Positions 55,576 to 64,000 of a DNA stretch of 64,000 nt are shown here, one piece after another; positions within the stretch are counted from its first letter, which is position 1, and every line of letters begins with the position of its first letter. Origin of the DNA: Octopus sinensis. Lineage: Eukaryota. The notes under the pieces were generated by a model. The model saw only the letters and a list, made by a program, of their open reading frames with translations. It was not told the DNA's origin and searched no databases. The stretch lies in the NCBI RefSeq assembly GCF_006345805.1, contig NC_043000.1:58900001-58964000 (forward strand), in the 5' to 3' direction. A program made the position numbers and the translations under genes.

Positions 55576-56668
55576 AAACTATTATGCTCCTATATACACC
55601 AGACTATTAATATGAATTTGAGCTTTTAGTTTTGTCATTTTATTTATCAACAGTTTGTATAGTTACAGACCAAAACTACTTGTTTTCATTCTAATTACAA
55701 CAATTTCAATCCCAGTTATAATGCTATTCTCTTCCACGAGATATTGTATGATTTATTCATGAAGCTTTGGTCTGACCTTAATGCTCTTTTATACATGTTT
55801 TGTAACTCTCTATCATATTTAGATAATCAAATTGCTTTGTATTGGAATGTCAAGTGATACTGATATGTCTACAAAATCTTACAATATTCTATATTATTGT
55901 GATAAAGGTGAATGAGAGTCACTTTAAAATCAGCTCTTTCCTTTTAAACTGAAAGTTGTGCACAACCAGTTCAACAGTGCAGAAAGTTTCAGCAATTCAT
56001 ATGTTGCTGTATCTATTTATGTTGTGAACATAAAGCATTCAACTTATTACAGTTCATTCTGCTTAGTTATAAATAGGTACCACTGTGTAATATAGTTCTC
56101 TATTATAAGCAACAATAAAACTGATAGCTTGCTGTGATGGGGTCAACTGCTAGAAAGTGACTGGCATTTGACCAACACTCTACATAGGATGAAATTTATT
56201 TAATATTTGCTTATCTCCACATAAATTATATATACTGTCCAAGATAAGTGGTTGTGACTTCTGTTCATATATCAGTTACAGCAATACTACAAACTCCGTA
56301 CATTAGTGCAATTCTTCAAAGTCATAATTGTAGTCTCTTTTACTTCAGAAAGTACTTTTGGATGAAAGTTTTACTTTCTTTCATGGCTGTCAAATTTGGT
56401 CTCCAATGTCATCGGTGCTGAATATTCTGGCCCAGAATATTAACAATGAAAAATGTTGATTTTTTTTTTTGTTTTGTTTATTCTATAAAATTCTAATTTC
56501 TAGTTGCAATAAAGAAAAAATACAATATACAGTAGTGTTGGTATTTAGTAAATAGTTTTGCACTGTTTTATTTTACATTTGATAACTACTCTGTATTTTT
56601 TTTCATTATTGCTGGTGTTTGTTTTTGTTTGTTTTTTCACATTTATCATTTTTATTGAACATTTTTAG

Positions 56669-56720
56669 GTTGGTTTTCAATTAACTAAAACTGCAGCTGA
56701 AAGACTTTACCAGAAGACAG
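56669..56720 (+). CDS. SCP2: SCP2 exon 11 (VGFQLTKTAAERLYQKT-G)
   Basis: aligns to human VGFDMSKEAARKCYEKSG; tttag| acceptor, CAG|gtctgt donor. Confidence 0.9.
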
Positions 56721-57097
56721 GTCTGTTGCTTTATTTTTTTACTCAAATGTTTTCTATGTATTTTGTTAAATGTCAAGAATGACATCCTACTTTTAAACTA
56801 ATACTTTTCTTTTCTCAATAAATTGTATAGTATATTATTGTTATATACTACACTAAAAGCTACAAGATACATGTATGGGTTTAGTTTTGGATATTTTTTA
56901 GTAAATGTAGATACAATGATATAATATTAACGTTAACTACCACATGTACCACCAGTGGTTTGTAGCAAATTTCACAAAACAGTCATATGCACCACCAGTG
57001 GTACATTTTCATAATTTGAGAAAATATTTTATTTTGTATCTTTGACATGGTTTCAAGGATATTTAAATAACATGATTGCTAAATATTAAAGCTTGAT

Positions 57098-57558
57098 TCT
57101 ATATTTAAGAGATGAGGAATTATGTACATTATTTACATTCTCATCTTGTTTGTTGTTAACACATTTCGGCTGATATACGCTCTAGCCTTCTTCAGGTATC
57201 TTGGGGAAATTTCGAACCTGGGTTCTCATTCGTAAGGTATTTTCGATGTTATTATTGTTCAGGTCACTGCTTGGAATCAAACTCGGAATCCTGAGGTTAG
57301 TAGCCCATGCTCTTAACTGCTACACCATATGGCATAGGGGTTAAGAGCATGGGCTACTAACCCCAAGATTCCGAGTTCGATTCCAAGCAGTGACCTGAAC
57401 AATAATAATAATAATATCAAAAAATACCGTAGGAATGAAAACCCAGGTTCGAAATTTCCCAAGACGCCTGAAGAAGGCTGGAGGGTATATCAGCTGAAAC
57501 ATTTTGTTAACAACAAACAAGATGAGGACAAATATCCATCAAATGTAAATAATGTACA
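57098..57558. mobile_element. Palindromic head-to-head element: tRNA-like head plus hammerhead-like tail, 13-bp TSD
   Basis: Arms of ~200 bp inverted around ccatatgg (57325-57332); ATTAAAGCTTGAT at 57085-57097 and 57559-57571. Confidence 0.8.
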
Positions 57559-57867
57559 ATTAAAGCTTGATAATGAAATATTGTTAAAAAGCAAAAAAAA
57601 TTACATTTATATAATATAATGAACCTATTGTATACAGTGATCAGGTGCACTAAATTTCTTTGTAATTAAATAGTATGCAGTGTTACCAGAAATTTAAAAC
57701 TTTATTTCCTATCTAAAAAATGAAATAAACATTTCCTGAGACACTATAGCTGTTTTTACAGCTTAACTTACTGTGCAATCTTTCAAAGCATGATAGACAC
57801 AGCACAGGCTTATTTTCACACTTATTACACACAGTCTTCACTCTTCTTACTTTCTTGGCTGTGACTG

Positions 57868-58785
57868 CATCATCATCATCATCATCATCGTTTAACGTCC
57901 GCTTTCCATGCTAGCATGGATTGGACGGTTCAACTGGGGTCTGGCAAGCCCGAAGGCTGCACCAGGCCAGTCAGATCTGGCAGTGTTTCTACAGCTGGAT
58001 GCCCTTCCTAATGCCAACCACTCCGAGAGTGTAGTGGGTGATTTTATGTGCCACCGACACAGGTGCCAGACAAGGCTGGCAGACGGCCACGCTCGGATGG
58101 TGTTTTTTTATGTGCCACCAACACAGGTGCCAGACGAGGCTGGCGAACGGCCACGATCGGATGGTGTTTGTTACGTGCCCACAGCACGGAGGCCAGTCAA
58201 TGCGGTACTGGCTACGGCCACGTTCGGATGGTTTTCTTATGTGCCACCGGCACTGGTACCACAAGGATACAAATTCCATTGATGTTCATCTATTTTGATT
58301 TGGTTTGATTTGATTGTCGTTTAATGTCCACTTTCCATGCTAGCATGGGTTGGACGATTTGACTGAGGACTGGCTAACCAGATGGCTGCACCAGGCTCCA
58401 ATCTTGATCTGGCAGAGTTTCTACAGCTGGATGCCCTTCCTAATGCCAACCACTCTGAGAGTGTAGTGGGTGCTTTTACGTGCCACCAGCACGAGGGCCA
58501 GTCAGGCGGTACTGGCAACGGCCACGCTCAAATATGTTTTTTTTTACGTGCCACCTGCACAGGAGCCAATCTAGCAGTACTGGCAACAACCTCACTCGAA
58601 TGTTTTTTCACGTATCACCAGCACAAGTGCCAGTAAGGCGATGCTGGTAACGATCATGCTTGAATGGTGTTTTTTACGTGCCACCGGCACAGAAGCCAGT
58701 TAGCCGCTCTGGCAACGATCATGCTCGGATGGTGCTCTTAGCACTCCACTAGCATGGATGCCAATCATTGAATTTGATTTTGATT
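57868..58785 (-). mobile_element. Two adjacent RTE 3'UTR/tail copies
   Basis: (CAT)n-cgtttaacgtccgctttccatgctagc; 57868-58316 is a close reverse complement of 41590-42080. Confidence 0.85.
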
Positions 58786-58799
58786 AATTATATCATAAC

Positions 58800-59620
58800 A
58801 TTCTTGACATTCATTTCCTTACGTCTCTGCAGTTTCCTTCCAGTTCTACAAGTATGACAGAATCGCCCCCTTTTCAGAGTACCTTCCATTTTCAATTTCT
58901 TCTGTAAGATTACCTGTTAGAAGTGATGAGACTAAAGATTCTCATAATGTTTTCACTGACAGAATTTTCAAAGTGTGGTACTTATTGAACAAAATTCACA
59001 ACAGAAATGCCTAGACTGTTTAAACACAGCTTTTTATACCATTTCCTAACTTTGCAAAGAAGGAATAGCAAGCTGCCCTCTGAATTGAGTAATTTACCCC
59101 CTTTTTTGCTGTTTTGTAGTCCAGCACAGTGACGTTTCTCTGTGCCATGTCTTCATTGACCTGTTTTTATTTTTCATCTGTATGTTTTCAGTTTGATAAG
59201 TAGCCACAATTTGTACAACCAATCAGTAATAGCTGATTGACTGTTGCAAGCATAATACAGAATTGATTTGAATTTATTTCTAGACATAGTATTCTGTATC
59301 AGTTCAACTCTAGACATTTCACTTTTGGACAAGTAATTTGTTGGTTGTTTGTTCAAACCCATCAAAATTAGAATTCCTAGTAATTTATGAATATCTGCTT
59401 GTGTTACTGTTTCCATTTTCATTTTAGATCTTCTAGTAATATCTTGCCTACTGTATCTTCAATATATTTGTTTGCTTCTGTAACTATCAAATCGATGGCT
59501 TCATCATTTGATTTTCTTTCATGCTGGGAATATTCAGAAATGTTGTCTTCTACTGCATCTTCAGATGACAACGCTCCTTGATTCCCATAGAATTTTGATT
59601 CATTCATTGTGTCTGAAAAT
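58800..59620 (-). mobile_element. Degenerate piggyBac (PGBD4-like) transposase remnant
   Basis: IDLIVTEANKY, DIHKLLGILILMGL...NTMSRNKFKSIL, RKVRKWYKKL and a Cys-containing tail (RFCHTC); frameshifted. Confidence 0.75.
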
Positions 59621-60399
59621 ATTTAGTTTATTTTCATAAATTGATAAAATCAAATTACATAATACATGTTAAATTGACCAGATATTATATGAAAAATAAA
59701 AGATATAAAAATTTACAAACTTTATTTGTTATACCACTGGTGCTCCAAGACTGTTTCATATCTGTCTTTGGCCATTTGGCTGTAGGTGGTACACATTGCA
59801 TTGCTAGATAGTGCCTCAGAAGTTGAACACACTCATCTCCTTCTGTCACAGCTGTCACTACATTGTGAGCAACAGCACATGAAATATGTGGCATCACCAG
59901 TAAGTTCTAGTAAAAGTCCATGGTGGTTAACATGTTAAACTATTCAGCAAATAAACATGAGTATCTAACTCATCTGTTGATACATACATTGATTGTGGAC
60001 CTTATTAGACCAGCAATTAAAGCAATGTTATTACATGTGTACATATATTGTACTTTCAGGTAAATGCTTATACAAAAGTGGCCTATTTTTCTAGAATATT
60101 TCTAAAACTAGAAGTTTAATAAAACATAACTTAAAATTTCAAAATATACATATAAAGCAAGTTTGGTTTAATTTCTTCATCACTGTCTTACTCAAAACTC
60201 AATACTCTCCATTCTTAATGTCTTGAAATTATCTCTCTTCTTCTTCAGAACTACTAATAATTGTAGCTTGACTTTTGTTTTATTTCTCCAGCTAAAAGTA
60301 AATTTCAACTCATTGAGACTGAAGCCTTATGAGTGAATATGGTAGACTTATATTTCAGCATAAATAAATATTTTAATAAACATTTGTGCAACTAGTCTT

Positions 60400-61837
60400 G
60401 ATAATGATTTTTTAAGCAAATTATTCTATGAAACCACCTTCAGGTTCAATGGCTGCTTCAATGCTGGACCAAAATCACTGGCATGCTGACACTATATGGT
60501 CCTTATTCATTTCTGACATCACCTGGACAATGGTGGCCTTCAGTGAGGCTATGGTATTATCAAGATGACGATTAGTCTCCTTTTCAGCAGTGCTCCACAT
60601 GTTGTAGTCCATGGGGTTCAAATATGGCAAGTTTGTAGGCCACATATTGGGTGTTACATAATCCTAAAGATTCTTGGGTGGTTAGGGCCTTGTGAGGAGG
60701 TGCTGAGTTTTGTTGAAGCACATATGGCCTTCCATTGCATGCTTCATCAATCCAGGACTTGATAAGAGTTTCCAGTACCTCAATGTGTCCAGCAGCATTA
60801 ATTCTACGACCCTGTGAAAGATAGTAGTGAGGCATCACATGACCATCGCAACTCACCACACCTAAAACCGTAACAGTTGCTGGAAATTTTGTGAGCATCA
60901 CTCTGGGTACTTTGGAAGGTTTTGCACATAACCACCTACCATTTCTTGTTAGACTTTTGATCCTGGTTGAAGATTTTTACGTCAGTGAAAGACCAAAACA
61001 TGCCTTGTTCATGAAGGTTTTTCACTTTAAGTAACCATTTTGAACAGATGAGATGGTTTTCTTGTGTCTTTGCAGACACAAATTGGTCTTTGCTCATTAC
61101 ATAGGACTTGCATAGACTGTCACGATCTACCAAAGTTCTGATAGTCCACTCTGACACCCAAAGTTCTTTAGCAATGGACATCATTGATCTTCTGGGGTTT
61201 TCATCAATAATATTTTGAACATCATCATTTAGCATCCGCTTTCCATGCTAGCATGGGTTGGATAGTTCAACTGGGGTCTGGGAAGCCAGAAGGCTGCACC
61301 AGGCCCAGTCTGATCTGGCAATGTTTCTACGGCTGGAAGCCCTTCCTAACGCCAATCACTCCGTGAGTGTAGTGGGTGCTTTTTGCATGCTACCGGCACA
61401 GGTGCCAGACAGGGCTGGCAAACGGCCACGGTCGGATGGTGCTTTTTACGTTCCACCGGCACGGGGGCCCAGACGAGGCTGGCAACGACCACGATCGGAT
61501 AGTGCTTTTTACGTGCCACCGGCACGGGGTCAGGCAAGGCTGGCAATGGCCACGATCGGATGGCACTGGCAACGGCCACGTTTGGATGGTGTCCTTTTAG
61601 TGTGTGATACAGCTGAACCATTACCACCATGTGCTTCCAGTTCCAACCGAACTTTGTGTACAAATGATCTTGCAAAATTTAGAAAGTTCCAAATCTTTAA
61701 ATCACTCTGTATGTCTTTTAATTCCTTGAGTTAGCATGATATCTTGAAAGGGTTATCTGAAAAAAAAATGATACGCTAAATAATTTGCAGGTGTTATGAA
61801 CTAAAAACGAAATGTCCTCAAATGCCCCCACATCCTG
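60400..61837 (-). mobile_element. Tc1/mariner (maT / DD37D-like) transposase remnant interrupted by an RTE tail at 61220-61600
   Basis: FARSFVHKVRLELE (N-terminus), IIDENPRRSMMSIAKEL, FTDVKIFNQDQK, VLGVVSCDGHVMP...YVLQQNSAPPHKA. Confidence 0.8.
61220..61600 (-). mobile_element. RTE 3' tail nested in the maT element
   Basis: catcatcatttagcatccgctttccatgctagcatggg... Confidence 0.8.
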
Positions 61838-62035
61838 TGTGTGTGTGTGTGTGTATATGAGAGAGAGAGAGAGAGAGATGTATATAATAAAAAAAAAATG
61901 TAGTCCATGTCAGTAGATAAAAATGCTGCTATAATACTCAAAATGTTGAATCAAATTTCCAATCAGCAGTAGGGGATCCTGTTTCCTTTTTTAAATACAT
62001 ATCCTTGAATTTGAACACTGACCCTTTATTTCTGA

Positions 62036-63463
62036 CTAGCAGCATAGCCCAGCGTTGCCCGGGTATGTAAGAGCCCCTAGTAGGCAACGACTAATCCCAA
62101 TCTAGTCCTTTCCCTCTAGGGAATGAAGGCGCATGTGTAGGTTGCAATGTCTTCTCTTCACTCGAATACTTCTGTGTATACAATGTTCCTAGCTGTCCCT
62201 TTGGGCGAAAACATGAAAACATCATTGTACCTCCCAACGCGTGAACAGCCCACGTAGAGTTGACCGTGGGTGAAGCACTGTTCGCCCAAATGTAACCCAG
62301 CGACTTGTAGCGTTTGGCCTTGGGATTTATTGATGGACATTGCGAAGCAGAGTTTAACAGGAAACTGAGAATGCCCAAAGTGGATTGGTAGGTCAGCGCC
62401 CAACGGTTGAAGGTGCATGCGTGGAATGAAGACGTCCTCTCCCTTCCCACAACCAGTAAGTATTGTGGCTGTTATTAAATGTGGTGCCAAATGTTTCACA
62501 ACCAGACGTGTGCCGTTGCACTGTTTAGGTGGAACCAAATTCCTGATGAGCATAATGGGCTCACCGACTTTTAACTTCAGGATGTGTGGCGGCAGGCTTG
62601 GCGGTTCAAGTGAATTCAGGAATTCAACAGGATAATCGGCAAGGTCGGTGGGGTCTGCTGTCCTATCTATAGATTTGTAGACGTGGACATCACCAGGAAT
62701 AGTTTCAAGTAGCTGGATATTGATGGAGTTGACGCTTGTATTTTTGGGTGCGAGAATAGCTCTGCCTGCCAGCCATTTTAGGTCGTGGAAGACAGCGTCC
62801 CGGAGGCTAGCAGGGGTGTTGACAGTGGTGCAAAGTGAGTTAAAAAGGTCGAATTGCGCCCCCTAGACAGTCTGTGGTTTGTGTTTAATACACAAATCGG
62901 TTTACTATGTGTGCCACATATGCTTTTATTAACCGATTTTTTCCAGTAATAAAGTATCGTATTGGAATAAAAAGGACCATATAGCTCCTTGGAGCAGACA
63001 TGATGCTCACTGTGAATTAAAAAAAAATTCCTGCCAATTTGTGAAAGATATTGTCAAAAATATGTCATCTTGAATTTGAACGCGATTTCCCAAAATGGCA
63101 TGATTTTATCGATTTTTTTCTGATGGTAAGGTATTGCATGGAAAACTAATGTCAGAATTAAGTTTCTTAGGGTAACATTAAGCTTCACCATGAGTTTGGT
63201 GAAAATCGATTGCAAGTTGTGAAAACTACAACAGAAAATGTGTTGCATATAAAAAGCTTAGATTCTCGACCCCATGTCGAATCTATCAATTTTTTTCAGA
63301 ACTGGGGGAAGTTTTCAAAATTTTCGCTGCGTTAGTTTTGAATTATGACATTGGGTTATGTGTGTGTCAAGTTTCATCAGAATCGGTTGAAAGCCGTGGT
63401 CAGGGTGAGGGTACAACCTGACAGACACACAGACAGACAAACTGCCGTTTATATAGAGAGAGA
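62036..63463 (-). mobile_element. Non-autonomous Helitron carrying the Pif1 helicase C-terminus
   Basis: 5' A|TCTCTCTCTATATAAAC; 3' hairpin plus CTAG|T; ORF CNGTRL...QFPVKLCFAMSINKSQGQTL...HGQLYVGCSRV...NIVYTEVF*. Confidence 0.92.
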
Positions 63464-63697
63464 TGTAGGTTTTGATCCTTGTCAAAGATTTTTTCATCAG
63501 TGAAAGATCAAAGCATGCCATGTTCACAGATGAGACAGTTTTCTATAACCTCTGGATCAGCTAGCATGAGCAGTCTTAGTTCTTATCCATTTTATTTCTG
63601 TGGTGTCATCGTCATTATTGTTTGTCATTTTATATCTCTATTATTACTTTCTTTCGGCATATAATAACTCTAAGTTTATTTTTCAATTGTAATTCAG

Positions 63698-63793
63698 GTA
63701 TTAATCCTCAAGATATAGATGTCATAGAGCTCCATGATTGTTTCTCAGCCAATGAACTAATTACTTATGAAGCCTTGGGTCTTTGTGAAATTG
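63698..63793 (+). CDS. SCP2: SCP2 exon 12 ([33 protein letters not shown]); gene continues beyond the window
   Basis: ELHDCF is the diagnostic SCP2-type thiolase HDCF motif; ttcag| and |gtaagt. Confidence 0.96.
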
Positions 63794-64000
63794 GTAAGTA
63801 ATCAGATCCTTGTTTTAGTCTACCATTAAGAGAAGTTATGCAGTAGAAGATACTACAAGATAACATGGAAGACCCAAAGAATTGTAGTGGGATTAATCTT
63901 CTCTCTTGGCTTTGCAAGCAAAGATTTACAAGATGGGTAAAGGATTTTATGCCTGAAGTGGAACTTCACAGGTGTGGACATCCCCCACCTGATCAAGCAG

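Noticed and set aside
57330-57395. tRNA gene
   Set aside because: A/B boxes are present but there is no acceptor stem or oligo-T terminator, and it is embedded in a repeat; the same applies to the SINE heads at 17879, 26235 and 30074
62158-62553. Host PIF1 helicase gene
   Set aside because: Intronless partial ORF between Helitron TC and hairpin-CTAG termini

Overview
AT-rich, repeat-dense animal genomic DNA. The tRNA-derived SINEs, (GAT)n-tailed RTE elements and very long (TA)n tracts suggest an octopus or other cephalopod (inferred, not proven). The only confident host gene is the 5' part of SCP2/SCPx (peroxisomal thiolase / sterol carrier protein X) on the + strand: 12 coding exons from ATG 23533 to 63793, continuing past the window. 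A divergent minus-strand transcript may start near 21.4 kb. The rest is mobile DNA: CR1/L2-like and RTE LINE fragments, SINEs, a probable solo LTR, two Helitrons with both termini, piggyBac and maT/mariner remnants, and MITEs. The three most interesting structures are (i) a ~360-bp tandem-plus-inverted repeat (8641-9775) with a minimal hammerhead ribozyme in each direct copy, carrying a compensatory U3-A8 core (Penelope pseudo-LTR / retrozyme-like); (ii) a TSD-flanked palindrome (57085-57571) fusing a tRNA-type Pol III head to a hammerhead-like tail; and (iii) a 6-kb higher-order satellite in SCP2 intron 3 built from an RTE 3'UTR. Most ORFs in the supplied track are spurious translations of microsatellites or repeats.
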